From positions 310,001 to 374,000 of the forward strand of contig NW_026782112.1 of assembly GCF_031769215.1 (NCBI RefSeq): a stretch of DNA of 64,000 bases. Reading direction: 5' to 3'. The first letter of the stretch is position 1. Each line of letters begins with the position of its first letter. Shown here in pieces: positions 22,537 through 37,787 of the stretch. The notes below the pieces were generated by a model. The model made no database searches. It saw only the letters and a program-made list of their open reading frames with translations, and was not told where the DNA came from. Made by a program: the position numbers and the translations under genes. The stretch is from Ylistrum balloti. Lineage: Eukaryota.

Positions 22537-25500
22537 CAAGATGACAAGTTCAAGATGAAAAGAACAAGATGACAATAACAAGATGTCATATACGATGTCA
22601 AGTACAATATGACAAGTACAATATGACAAGTAAAAGATGACAAGTATAATATGACAAAAACAAAATGACAAATACAAGGTGACAAGAATAAAATGACAAA
22701 TAAAAGATGACAAGAAAAAAATGACAGGTGCAAGATGACAAGTATACGATGACAAGTACAAGATGATAAGTACAAGATGACAAATACAAGATGACAAGTA
22801 CAAGATGACAAGTACAAGATGACAAGAATAAGATGAAAAGAACTAGATGACTAGAACAAGATGACGGGAACAAAATGACAGGAAAAAGAGGGCAAGTAAA
22901 CGATGACAAATTCAAGATGACAAGTACTAGATGACAAGATCAAGATGACAGGGAACAAGACCACAGGAACAAAAGGACAAATACAAGGTGTCAAATACAA
23001 AATGACAAAAACAAGATGACAAGTACAAGAGGACAAGAACAAAAAGACAAATAAAAGATGACAAGAACAAAATGACAGGTGCAAGATGACAAGTATACGA
23101 TGACAAGTATAAGATGATAAAACTAAGATGACCGGAACAAAATGACAGGAAAAAGAGGACAAGTAAACGATGACAAATTCAAGATGACAAGCACAAGATG
23201 ACAAGAACAGGTTGATAAATACCAGATGACAAGTACAAGACGACAAGTACAAGGTGACAAGAACAAAATGACAAATACAAAGTGACAAGAATAAGACGAC
23301 AAGAACTAGATGACAAGAACAAGATGACAGGAACAAGACCAAAGAAACAAAATGACAAATACAATATGACAAGTGTAAGATGACAAATTCAAGATGACAA
23401 GCACAAGTTGATAAATACCAGATGACAAGTACAGGACGACAACGACAAGTACAATGTGACAAATACAAGATGAAAAGAACTAGATGATAAGAACAAGATG
23501 ACAAAGATAAGATAATAAATAAAGGGTTACAAGTGCAAGATGATAAGTACAATATGACAAGTAAAAGGTGACAAAAACAAGATGACAAATACAAGATGAC
23601 AAAAACGAGATGACAAAAACGAGATGACAAGTACAAAATGACAGGTGCAAGATGGCAGGTATACTATGACAAGTACAAGGTGAGTGACACATACAAGATG
23701 ACAAGTACAAGATGACAAATATAAGATGACAAATTCAAGGTGGCAAGTACAAGATGACAAGAACAAGATGACAAGTACAAGACGACAAGTACAAGATGAC
23801 AAGAAACAAAATGACAAATACAAAGTGACAAGAATAAGATGACAAGAAGAAGATGACAAAAACAAGATGACAAATACAAGATGACAAATACAATATGACA
23901 AGTACAAGGTGACAAGTATAAGATGACACGAAACAAAATGACAAATACAAAGTGACAAGGATAAGATGACAAGAAGAAGATGACACGTACAAGACGACAA
24001 GTACAAGACGACAAGTAGAAGATGACAAAATCAAGGTGGCAAGTAAAAGATGACAAATACAAGATGACAAGGTCAAGATGACAAGTAAAATATGACGAAT
24101 ACAAGATGACAAAAACAAGATGACAAGGTCAAGATGACTAATACAAGATGACAAGGTCAAGATGACAAGCGCAAGATGACAAATACAAGATGACAAGGTC
24201 AAGATGACAAGTGAAAGATGACGAATACAAGATGACAAGTACAAGATGACGAATACAAGATGACAATTAAAAGGTGACAATTGAAAGACGACATGTACAA
24301 GATGACAATTACAAGATGACAAGGTCAAGATGACAAGAACAAGATGACAAGTACAAGATGACAAATATAAGATGACAAGTACAAGATGACAAGTAAAAGG
24401 TGCCAAGAACAAGATGACAAAAACAAAATGACAAATATAAAATGATAAAAACAAGATGACAAGTACGCGATGGCAAGTACAAGATGACAAGTACAAAATG
24501 ACTAATACAAGATGACAATGTCAAGATTACAAAATGACAAGTACAAGATGACAAGTAAAAGATGTCAAGTACAAGGTGACAAGTACAAGATGACGAATAC
24601 AAGGTGACAAGTTCAAGATGACAAGTACAAAATGACAAGTTCAAGATGACAAGAACAAGATGAAAAGTAAAAGATGACAAAATCAAGGTGGCAAGTAAAA
24701 GATGACGAATACAAGGTGACAAGTTCAAGATGACAAGGTCATGATGACAAGGTCAAGATGACAAGAACAAGATGACAAGTACAAGATGACAAGAACAAGA
24801 TGACAAGAACAAGATGACAAATTCAATATGGCAAGTACAAGATGACAAGAACAAGATGACAAGTACAAGACGACAAGTACAAGATGACAAGAAACAAAAT
24901 GACAAATACAAAGTGACAAGCACATGATGACAAGAACAAGTTGATTAATATCACATGACAAGTACAAGACGACAAGTACAAGGTGACAAGTACAAGATGA
25001 CAATAACAAGATAAGAACAAGATGACAAATTCAAGGTGGCAAGTACAAGATGGCAAGTTCAAGATGAAAAGGTCAAGATGACAAGGTCAAGATGACAAGA
25101 ACAAGATGACAAATACAAGGTGACAAGTTCAAGATGACAAGTACTAGATGGCAAGTTCAAGATGATAAGGTCATGATGACAAGGTCAAGATGCCAAGACC
25201 AAGATGACAAGTAAAAGATGACAAGAACAAGGTGACAAGAACAAGATGACAAGTAAAAAATGTCAAGTACAAGGTGACAAGTACAAAATGACAATAACAA
25301 GATGATAAGAACAAGATGACAAATTCAAGGTGGCAAGTACAAGATGGCAAGTTCAAGATGACAAGGTCAAGATGATAAGGTCAAGATGCCAAGACCAAGA
25401 TGACAAGTAAAAGATGACAAGAACAAGGTGACAAGAACAAGATGACAAATTCAAGGTGGCAAGTACAAGATGGCAAGTTCAAGATGACAAGGTCAAGATG

Positions 25501-28500
25501 ACAAGGTCAAGATGACAAGAACAAGATGACAAATACAAGGTGACAAGTTCAAGATGACAAGTACTAGATGGCAAGTTCAAGATGATAAGGTCATGATGAC
25601 AAGGTCAAGATGCCAAGACCAAGATGACAAGTAAAAGATGACAAGAACAAGGTGACCAGTAAAAGATGTCGTATAAACGATGGCAAGTACAAGATGACAA
25701 ATATAAGATGACAAGTACAAGATGACAAGTAAAAGGTGCCAAGAACAAGATGACAAAAACAAAATGACAAATATAAAATGATAAAAACAAGATGACAAGT
25801 ACGCGATGGCAAGTACAAGATGACAAGTACAAAATGACTAATACAAGATGACAATGTCAAGATTACAAAATGACAAGTACAAGATGACAAGTAAAAGATG
25901 TCAAGTACAAGGTGACAAGTACAAGATGACGAATACAAGGTGACAAGTTCAAGATGACAAGTACAAAATGACAAGTTCAAGATGACAAGAACAAGATGAA
26001 AAGTAAAAGATGACAAAATCAAGGTGGCAAGTAAAAGATGAAGAATACAAGGTGACAAGTTCAAGATGACAAGGTCATGATGACAAGGTCAAGATGACAA
26101 GAACAAGATGACAAGTACAAGATGACAAGAACAAGATGACAAGAACAAGATGACAAATTCAATATGGCAAGTACAAGATGACAAGAACAAGATGACAAGT
26201 ACAAGACGACAAGTACAAGATGACAAGAAACAAAATGACAAATACAAAGTGACAAGCACATGATGACAAGAACAAGTTGATTAATATCACATGACAAGTA
26301 CAAGACGACAAGTACAAGGTGACAAGTACAAGATGACAATAACAAGATAAGAACAAGATGACAAATTCAAGGTGGCAAGTACAAGATGGCAAGTTCAAGA
26401 TGAAAAGGTCAAGATGACAAGGTCAAGATGACAAGAACAAGATGACAAATACAAGGTGACAAGTTCAAGATGACAAGTACTAGATGGCAAGTTCAAGATG
26501 ATAAGGTCATGATGACAAGGTCAAGATGCCAAGACCAAGATGACAAGTAAAAGATGACAAGAACAAGGTGACAAGAACAAGATGACAAGTAAAAAATGTC
26601 AAGTACAAGGTGACAAGTACAAAATGACAATAACAAGATGATAAGAACAAGATGACAAATTCAAGGTGGCAAGTACAAGATGGCAAGTTCAAGATGACAA
26701 GGTCAAGATGATAAGGTCAAGATGCCAAGACCAAGATGACAAGTAAAAGATGACAAGAACAAGGTGACAAGAACAAGATGACAAATTCAGGTGGCAAGTA
26801 CAAGATGGCAAGTTCAAGATGACAAGGTCAAGATGACAAGGTCAAGATGACAAGAACAAGATGACAAATACAAGGTGACAAGTTCAAGATGACAAGTACT
26901 AGATGGCAAGTTCAAGATGATAAGGTCATGATGACAAGGTCAAGATGCCAAGACCAAGATGACAAGTAAAAGATGACAAGAACAAGGTGACCAGTAAAAG
27001 ATGTCGTATAAACGATGGCAAGTACAAGATGACAAATACAAGGTGACAAGGTCAAGATGACAAGTAAAAGATGACGAATACACGATGGCATATACAATAT
27101 GACAAATACAAGATGACAAGGTCATGAAGACAAATACAAGATGTCAAGTAAAAGATGACGAATACAAGATGACAAGTACAAGATGACGAATACAAGATGA
27201 CAAATAAAAGGTGACAAGTACTAGATGACAAGATCAAGATGACAGGGAACAAGACCACAGGAACAAAAGGACAAATACAAGGTGTCAAATACAAAATGAC
27301 AAAAACAAGATGACAAGTACAAGAGGACAAGAACAAAAAGACAAATAAAAGATGACAAGAACAAAATGACAGGTGCAAGATGACAAGTATACGATGACAA
27401 GTATAAGATGATAAAACTAAGATGACCGGAACAAAATGACAGGAAAAAGAGGACAAGTAAACGATGACAAATTCAAGATGACAAGCACAAGATGACAAGA
27501 ACAGGTTGATAAATACCAGATGACAAGTACAAGACGACAAGTACAAGGTGACAAGAACAAAATGACAAATACAAAGTGACAAGAATAAGACGACAAGAAC
27601 TAGATGACAAGAACAAGATGACAGGAACAAGACCAAAGAAACAAAATGACAAATACAATATGACAAGTGTAAGATGACAAATTCAAGATGACAAGCACAA
27701 GTTGATAAATACCAGATGACAAGTACAGGACGACAACGACAAGTACAATGTGACAAATACAAGATGAAAAGAACTAGATGATAAGAACAAGATGACAATA
27801 ATAAGATAATAAATAAAGGGTTACAAGTGCAAGATGATAAGTACAATATGACAGGTAAAAGGTGACAAAAACAAGATGACAAATACAAGATGACAAAAAC
27901 GAGATGACAAAAACGAGATGACAAGTACAAAATGACAGGTGCAAGATGGCAGGTATACTATGACAAGTACAAGGTGAGTGACACATACAAGATGACAAGT
28001 ACAAGATGACAAATATAAGATGACAAATTCAAGGTGGCAAGTACAAGATGACAAGAACAAGATGACAAGTACAAGACGACAAGTACAAGATGACAAGAAA
28101 CAAAATGACAAATACAAAGTGACAAGAATAAGATGACAAGAAGAAGATGACAAAAACAAGATGACAAATACAAGATGACAAATACAATATGACAAGTACA
28201 AGGTGACAAGTATAAGATGACACGAAACAAAATGACAAATACAAAGTGACAAGGATAAGATGACAAGAAGAAGATGACACGTACAAGACGACAAGTACAA
28301 GACGACAAGTAGAAGATGACAAAATCAAGGTGGCAAGTAAAAGATGACAAATACAAGATGACAAGGTCAAGATGACAAGTAAAATATGACGAATACAAGA
28401 TGACAAAAACAAGATGACAAGGTCAAGATGACTAATACAAGATGACAAGTCCACGATGACAAGCGCAAGATGACAAATATAAGATGACAAGTACAAGATG

Positions 28501-31500
28501 ACAAGTAAAAGGTGCCAAGAACAAGATGACAAAAACAAAATGACAAATATAAAATGATAAAAACAAGATGACAAGTACGCGATGGCAAGTACAAGATGAC
28601 AAGTACAAAATGACTAATACAAGATGACAATGTCAAGATTACAAAATGACAAGTACAAGATGACAAGTACAAGATGACAAGTAAAAGATGTCAAGTACAA
28701 GGTGACAAGTACAAGACGACAAGTACAAGATGACAAGAAACAAAATGACAAATACAAAGTGACAAGAATAAGATGACAAAAAGAAGATGACAAAAACAAG
28801 ATGACAAATACAAGATGACAAATACAATATGACAAGTACAAGATGACAAGTATAAGATGACACGAAACAAAATGACAAATACAAAGTGACAAGGATAAGA
28901 TGACAAGAAGAAGATGACACGTACAAGACGACAAGTACAAGACGACAAGTAGAAGATGGCAAGTTCAAGATGACAAGGTCAAGATGACAATAACAAGATG
29001 ACAAGTACAAGATGACAAATATAAGATGACAAGTACAAGATGACAAGTAAAAGGTGCCAAGAACAAGATGACAAAAACAAAATGACAAATATAAAATGAT
29101 AAAAACAAGATGACAAGTACGCGATGGCAAGTACAAGATGACAAGTACAAAATGACTAATACAAGATGACAATGTCAAGATTACAAAATGACAAGTACAA
29201 GATGACAAGTACAAGATGACGAATACAAGGTGACAAGTTCAAGATGACAAGTACAAAATGACAAGTTCAAGATGACAAGAACAAGATGAAAAGTAAAAGA
29301 TGACAAAATCAAGGTGGCAAGTAAAAGATGACGAATACAAGGTGACAAGTTCAAGATGACAAGGTCATGATGACAAGGTCAAGATGACAAGAACAAGATG
29401 ACAAGTACAAGATGACAAGAACAAGATGACAAGAACAAGATGACAAATTCAAGATGGCAAGTACAAGATGACAAGAACAAGACCACAGGAACAAAACGAC
29501 AAATACAATATGACAAGCACATGATGACAAGAACAAGTTGATTAATATCACATGACAAGTACAAGACGACAAGTACAAGGTGACAAGTACAAGATGACAA
29601 TAACAAGATAAGAACAAGATGACAAATTCAAGGTGGCAAGTACAAGATGGCAAGTTCAAGATGACAAGGTCAAGATGACAAGGTCAAGATGACAAGAACA
29701 AGATGACAAATACAAGGTGACAAGTTCAAGATGACAAGTACTAGATGGCAAGTTCAAGATGATAAGGTCATGATGACAAGGTCAAGATGCCAAGACCAAG
29801 ATGACAAGTAAAAGATGACAAGAACAAGGTGACAAGAACAAGATGACAAGTAAAAAATGTCAAGTACAAGGTGACAAGTACAAGATGACAATAACAAGAT
29901 GATAAGAACAAGATGACAAATTCAAGGTGGCAAGTACAAGATGGCAAGTTCAAGATGACAAGGTCAAGATGACAAGGTCAAGATGACAAGAACAAGATGA
30001 CAAATACAAGGTGACAAGTTCAAGATGACAAGTACTAGATGGCAAGTTCAAGATGATAAGGTCATGATGACAAGGTCAAGATGCCAAGACCAAGATGACA
30101 AGTAAAAGATGACAAGAACAAGGTGACAAGAACAAGATGACAAGTAAAAAATGTCAAGTACAAGGTGACAAGTACAAGATGACAATAACAAGATGATAAG
30201 AACAAGATGACAAATTCAAGGTGGCAAGTACAAGATGGCAAGTTCAAGATGACAAGGTCAAGATGACAAGGTCAAGATGACAAGAACAAGATGACAAATA
30301 CAAGGTGACAAGTTCAAGATGACAAGTACTAGATGGCAAGTTCAAGATGATAAGGTCATGATGACAAGGTCAAGATGCCAAGACCAAGATGACAAGTAAA
30401 AGATGACAAGAACAAGGTGACAAGAACAAGATGACAAGTAAAAAATGTCAAGTAAAAGATGACAAGAACAAGATGACCAGTAAAAGATGTCGTATACACG
30501 ATGGCAAGTACAAGATGACAAATACAAGGTGACAAGGTCAAGATGACAAGTAAAAAATGACGAATACACGATGGCATGTACAATATGACAAATACAAGAT
30601 GACAAGGTCATGAAGACAAATACAAGATGTCAAGTAAAAGATGACGAATACAAGATGACAAGTACAAGATGACGAATACAAGATGACAAATAAAAGGTGA
30701 CAATTGAATGATGACAAGTACAATATGGCAAATGCAAGATTACAAATATAAGATGAGAAGGTCAAGATGACAAGTAAAAGATGTCAAGTACAAGATGACA
30801 AGAACAAGATGACCAGTAAAAGATGACGAATTCACGATGGCAAGTACAAGATGATAAATACAAGGTGAAAAGTTCAGGATGACAAGCATAAAATGGCAAG
30901 TTCAAGATGACAAGGTCAAGATGACCAGAACAAGATGACAAATACAAGATGACAAGAACAAGATGACAAATGAAAGATGGCAATTGCAAGACGACAAGAC
31001 CATGATGACAAGTACAAGATGACAAGGTCAAGATGAGAAGTACAAGATGACAAGCGCAAGATGACAAATACAAGATGACAAGGTCAAGATGACAAGTAAA
31101 ATATGACGAATACAAGATGACAAAAACAAGATGACAAGGTCAAGATGACTAATACAAGATGACAAGTACACGATGACAAGCGCAAGATGACAAATACAAG
31201 ATGACAAGGTCAAGATGACAAGTGAAAGATGACGAATACAAGATGACAAGTACAAGATGACGAATACAAGATGACAATTAAAAGGTGACAATTGAAAGAC
31301 GACATGTACAAGATGACAATTACAAGATGACAAGTAAAAGATGTCAAGTACAAGACGACAAGTACAAGATGACAAATTTAAGATAACAAGTACAAGATGA
31401 CAAGAGCAAGATGACAAGTACAATATGACATGTAAAAGTTGACAAGAACAAGATGATAAAAACAAGATGACAAGTACGCGATGGCAAGTACGAGATGACA

Positions 31501-34185
31501 AGTACAAAATGACTAATACATGGTGACAATGTCAGGATAACAAAATGACAAGAACAAGATGACAAATACAAGGTGACAAAAACAAGATGACAAGGTCACG
31601 ACGACAAGGTCAAGATGACAAATACAAGATGACAAGTACACGATGACAAGCGCAACATGACAAATACAAGATGACAAGGTCAAGATGACAAGTGAAAGAT
31701 GACGAATACAAGATGACAAGTACAAGATGACGAATACAAGATGACAATTAAAAGGTGATAATTGAAAGACGACATGTACAAGATGACAATTACAAGATGA
31801 AAAGTAAAAGATGTCAAGTACAAGACGACAAGTAAAAGATGACAAATTTAAGATAACAAGTACAAGATGACAAGAGCAAGATGACAAGTACAATATGACA
31901 AGTAAAAGGTGACAAGAACAAGATGACAAAAACAAGATGACAAGTACGCGATGGCAAGTACGAGATGACAAGTACAAAATGACTAATACATGGTGACAAT
32001 GTCAGGATAACAAAATGACAAGAACAAGATGACAAATACAAGGTGACAAATGCAAAATGACAAGTACAAGATGACAAGTAAAAGATGTCAAGTACAAGGT
32101 GACAAGTACAAGATGACGAATACAAGGTGACAAGTTCAAGATGACAAGTACAAGATGGCAAGTTCAAGATGACAAAAACAAGATGACAAATTCAAGATGA
32201 CAAAAACAAGATGACAAATAAAAGATGACAAATTCCAGGTGGCAAGTACAAGATGACGAATACAAGGTGACAAGTTCAAGATGACAAGGTTATGATGACA
32301 AGGTCAAGATGACAAGAACAAGATGACAAGTGTAAGATGACAAAAACAAGATGACAAGGTCACGACGACAAGGTCAAGATGACAAATACAAGATGACAAG
32401 TACACGATGACAAGCGCAACATGACAAATACAAGATGACAAGGTCAAGATGACAAGTGAAAGATGACGAATACAAGATGACAAGTACAAGATGACGAATA
32501 CAAGATGACAATTAAAAGGTGATAATTGAAAGACGACATGTACAAGATGACAATTACAAGATGAAAAGTAAAAGATGTCAAGTACAAGACGACAAGTAAA
32601 AGATGACAAATTTAAGATAACAAGTACAAGATGACAAGAGCAAGATGACAAGTACAATATGACAAGTAAAAGGTGACAAGAACAAGATGACAAAAACAAG
32701 ATGACAAGTACGCGATGGCAAGTACGAGATGACAAGTACAAAATGACTAATACATGGTGACAATGTCAGGATAACAAAATGACAAGAACAAGATGACAAA
32801 TACAAGGTGACAAATGCAAAATGACAAGTACAAGATGACAAGTAAAAGATGTCAAGTACAAGGTGACAAGTACAAGATGACGAATACAAGGTGACAAGTT
32901 CAAGATGACAAGTACAAGATGGCAAGTTCAAGATGACAAAAACAAGATGACAAATTCAAGATGACAAAAACAAGATGACAAATAAAAGATGACAAATTCC
33001 AGGTGGCAAGTACAAGATGACGAATACAAGGTGACAAGTTCAAGATGACAAGGTTATGATGACAAGGTCAAGATGACAAGAACAAGATGACAAGTGTAAG
33101 ATGACAAGTACAAGATGACAAATAAAAGATGGCAATTGCAAGACGACAAGACCAAGATGACAAGAACAAGATGACAAATTCAAGATGGCAAGTACAAGAT
33201 GACAAGAACAAGATGATAAGTAAAAGATAACAAATTCAAGGTGGCAAGTACAAGATGACAAGAACAAGATGACAAGTACAAGACGACAAGTACAAGATGA
33301 CAAGGAACAAAATGACAAATACAAAGTGACAATAATAAGATGACAAGAACTAGATGACGAGAACAAGCTGACAGGAACAAGACCACAGGAACAAAATGAC
33401 AAATGCAATATGACAAGCACATGATGACAAGAACAAGTTGATTAATATCAGATAACAATTACAAGACGACAAGTACAAGGTGACAAGTACAAGATGACAA
33501 TAACAAGATGATAAGAACAAGATGACAAATTCAAGGTGGCAAGTACAAGATGGCAAGTTCAAGATGACAAGGTCAAGATGACAAGAACAAGATGACAAGT
33601 GCAAGATGACAAGTACAAGATGACAAATAAAAGATAACAATTGCAAGACGACCAGACCAAGATGACAAATACAAGATGACAAGGTCAAGAAGACAAATAC
33701 AAGATGACAAGGTCAAGATGACAAGTAAAAGATGACGAATACAAGATGACAAGGTCAAGAAGACAAAAACAAGATGACAATTACAAGATGACAAGTAAAA
33801 GATGTCAAGTACAAGATGACAAGTAAAAGATGACCAGTAAAAGATGTCGAATACACGATGACAAGTAAAAGATGACGAATACAAAATGACAAATACATGG
33901 TGACAAGAACAAAATGTCAAGTGCAAGATGACAAGTACAAGATCACAAATACAAGATGACAAATAAAAGATGGCAATTGCAAGACGACAATTACAAGATG
34001 ACAAGTGCAACTTCACAACTGAAAGTTGCCAAGTACAAGATGACAAGTATAAAATGACAAGTATACGGTTATAAAAACAAGATGACATGTACAAGATTAC
34101 AAGAACAAGATGACAAGTACAAGATGACAAGTACAAAGATGACAAGTACAAGACGGCAAAAACAAGATACGATGACAAGAACAAT
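22537..34185. repeat. 14-bp satellite (consensus CAAGATGACAAGTA), ~11.6 kb, with nested higher-order duplications
   Basis: Directly visible. Identical ORF-track translations recur at offsets of 4294, 1336, 764 and 294 bp. Confidence 0.97.
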
Positions 34186-35049
34186 ATAACCAGCACATAT
34201 ATTCCAGATATTCCAGAAACATTATCAAGACCTATAGTCCAACTTTGCAGCAAAAAAAAATGATGAAAATAAAACACATCAAAATGAAATTAAAAGATAT
34301 ACAAACTAGGCTTATTTCGCATTGCTTCTATATCGTTAGATGTATGACATTGTTATAGACAATATTATGTAATGATTTTAATACTATACTGTGGAGAGTT
34401 AACTGGACAACTATAATATGTACTTATACACTAAACATAATAAACATTTGCAAACCCAACACTATGGAAGGCCAAAGGGATCAAAATTCTAACTTCTGTT
34501 GTTCAAATTGAGAAACTGTACGTTGCTAATTTGTAATTCGATATTCAAAGTTACAGCATTGTAATTCTGTTATTGAAACGTTATAAATGTGATTAGCTAT
34601 ATTGCAGTTCTAGATTAAATGATGTCTAACTTATTTATTCAAACTCTAAACATTTTAGTTATGTTGTTGCCACAACTAACAAATGCCTAACTTGTTGAGC
34701 CTACTTTGCATTGTAGTTTTCTACACACAGCCCCACGTACCACCAGCAGTCCCAAGGCCCTTACCTTGTCGGTGATTATTGTGCATTTTGAAAGATAGGT
34801 ATCAGAAAACTGGGACAATGTACTAAGGGGAGTAACTCGTCTAAAATTGTCGTATCCGGAAGAAAATGGACTGTAAATGTGATTGAGTCATAAGTCATTG
34901 TAGTTATTTTCTGTTTGTTATATTAAAAAAATGGTTTTCTATCGCAACTATGCATCAACGAACATGTGATTATTGAAATTTTGTTTAGTTGGTGGAGCGA
35001 TAAGCGAATCAAAACCCGATAATGCCAGAATTTGCGACATAAATGCACT

Positions 35050-35295
35050 NNNNNNNNNNNNNNNNNNNNNNNNNNNNNNNNNNNNNNNNNNNNNNNNNNN
35101 NNNNNNNNNNNNNNNNNNNNNNNNNNNNNNNNNNNNNNNNNNNNNNNNNNNNNNNNNNNNNNNNNNNNNNNNNNNNNNNNNNNNNNNNNNNNNNNNNNNN
35201 NNNNNNNNNNNNNNNNNNNNNNNNNNNNNNNNNNNNNNNNNNNNNNNNNNNNNNNNNNNNNNNNNNNNNNNNNNNNNNNNNNNNNNNNNNNNNNN
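35050..35295. other. Assembly gap (246 N)
   Basis: Run of N. Confidence 1.
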
Positions 35296-35439
35296 ACCAT
35301 ATTTCCTTATCCTATTATTATCCATGTTGTAGCTTTCCCATTTTCCTTACAATGTATGTCTTTGTTATTGTTTATTCTTTTGTTTGTGTGTCTGTGTTCG
35401 ACTGATTGATATTTATGTGGTATATATCATGATCATCAA

Positions 35440-35464
35440 TAGATGATGATGATGATGGTGGTGA

Positions 35465-35505
<41 letters not shown>

Positions 35506-35556
35506 ATAGTGGTGGTGATGGTGGTGGTGGTGGTGTTTACGGTGGTGCTGGTAATG
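35440..35556. repeat. Compound (GAT/GCT/GGT)n microsatellite downstream of the paralogue A stop
   Basis: Directly visible. Confidence 0.9.
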
Positions 35557-35777
35557 ATGCAAGTAGGAAAGTGTGAAGGCTTGTGAATTTTTTTATAAGA
35601 TGAAAAATAAAAACACAAATATTGCAAAGATATGCCAAGAGAAAACAGACACGAGTTCTTCAAATATTTTCCAATTTTAATTCTCAGTTGTACCAGGCTG
35701 TCAATCAAGCCTGAAATGTCAAGTTATATCATCAACAAGAAAACTGTTCATTGTATGTATGTTATACTTGAGCCATG

Positions 35778-37787
35778 TCAAAGCAATGCCCTTGTATCAT
35801 CATCGTCGATGAATTCGTATGGCGGAGGACTTTTCTCGTTTGATACAGTGGATGATCTCAGTTTCACTTCAGATGCTGTAATTTGATAGGACGTAGACGG
35901 TTCAGCAGATGATGTCACTTGTGCGCCAGAGGATGATGGGTTATAGGGATGTTGTGACATACCCGGATGTAGTGCTTGGTTTCCAGAAGGATGCGGGTAA
36001 GGATATTCACCAGATCTTAGCGCAAGAGCCTCAGAGTATAATGGCGGATAGGAGGAGTGTGGTCTAGCTGTGGCATGTAGAGACTGTTGCATTACTCCAG
36101 TGACTGAAATAAGAATAGATAAGTGTCATCTTGATTTCTTCCACGTCTGATCATGCCCAATGTTATTGCTTTTCGAGAGTGTTTGATGTTGTCACGAAGC
36201 TTCCGTACGAGACACGCATTTCATTAACGATTGCATTGCTATTAACGATTGTTATCCAAAATGGAATGTTTGGTTATCCATTCTCTAATAAAATACATGA
36301 ACGTATTAATAAACGAGGCTGATATCAATTGAATAATCTCTAACAAAGTAACATGTAAATATATGAATCTTATATCACAAATTCACAAACACCGTGACAC
36401 GTGGGTAGGTTATTCCGATATCAATTTTATATTCACAAACACCGTGACACGTGGGTAGGTTATTCCGATATCAATTTTATATTCACAAACACCGTGACAC
36501 GTGCGTAGGTTATTCCGATATCAATTTCATATTCACAAACACCGTGACACGTGCGTAGGTTATTCCGATATCAATTTCATATTCACAAACACCGTGACAC
36601 GTGCGTAGGTTATTCCGATATCAATTTCATATTCACAAACACCGTGACACGTGCGTAGGTTATTCCGATATCAATTTCATATTCACAAACACCGTGACAC
36701 GTGCGTAGGTTATTCCGATATCAATTTCATATTCACAAACACCGTGACACGTGCGTAGGTTATTCCGATATCAATTTCATATTCACAAACACAGAGACGA
36801 GTAAATAAATGACTAAGATATCAAATTTGTACTAACAGACACATTGACGTGTGAATAAACAAAATCACACACTCAAAAACGTATAAACAAATTAGTTTTA
36901 TTTTAAAAGTATAATCATAATCCAGAACAAAGGGACTATAAACAGTTGTACATTAATTACATAATCACAAAGGTATTAAATGAGAATGAATAAGTCTGAT
37001 GTTAACGGTATAATTACATACCATGAAACAAAGGCCAGTGGACGTTAAGAATAAACTTATGTATATCCTACCGATACATCTAGGCTAAGGAAAGCAATAT
37101 CAAAGTGTTGATATTTTATAAATGAGTCAAATTGAACTGAAATATTATTGTTTTTGCGTTACTATTTCGAAAAATGTTTTATCAGTATATTTATTAAATT
37201 CCTTCGAACTGTCCCTTCCTAAGTATTTTGTGATTCCCAAGCCACGGTCCTCTATAACAAAATTTTCTAATTTTTATTTTTTATCTTGGTATATCTTCCA
37301 CCGGTCGTGAATATTATTTTTTCCTATCAATGCAATCACATAATCAAACTATTGAGAATGACACTGAAAGTAATTAATTTACTACACATAAATTACCTCG
37401 AGTTACCTGATGGAACTAAGGCAACGTAAGCAATTTGTATCATATCTTCCACAATAAAAATGGTACTGATTATTTTTTTCGCTGTGTCCTAGTTATTGCT
37501 TTTGCTCAAATTTCTGATAATCAACCTAAGTTAAAATTCACCGACAAGTACTAAGTATTAGATATTATCGGTTAATTTGACAAAAGGACGACAAAATACG
37601 TACGTAAAGCATTGTTGGTGTTGTTGTTGTTGTTGTTGACAACGGTAGTTCCCGCTTGTCCAGGTACAACGACTGTAGTATTAGCTCGATTCATCCGAAC
37701 ACCGCACCAAATTAGTAATAACAGAAACAGGCCGGATCCTCCTCCCATCAGGATAAGAAATATGTACAATTTGTCAAAAGAAAACAT
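35778..37787 (-). CDS. Small single-pass membrane protein with poly-Asn and PPxY tail, paralogue A (169 aa)
   Basis: Join of 37787-37604 and 36103-35778 = 510 nt, phase-1 intron (C|gtacgt ... tttcag|TC). N-terminal TM LYIFLILMGGGSGLFLLLLIWC, then TTVVVPGQAGTTVVNNNNNN, PPLY, PPPYEFI and C-terminal DDDDTRALL*. Confidence 0.82.
36381..36791. repeat. 50-bp tandem repeat, ~8 copies, in the intron of paralogue A
   Basis: attcacaaacaccgtgacacgtg recurs every 50 bp from 36381. Confidence 0.96.

Noticed and set aside
22486-34277. Dozens of overlapping minus-strand ORFs rich in L/V/I/S/C/H (LVILYLSSCTCH repeats)
   Set aside because: They are translations of the 14-bp satellite, whose minus strand rarely makes stop codons. 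All three frames give the same peptide, and there are no splice or start contexts.
34923-35409. ORFs spanning the N run
   Set aside because: Artefacts of translating the assembly gap.
35436-35708. 90-aa ORF with T/I/S runs
   Set aside because: Translation of a trinucleotide microsatellite.
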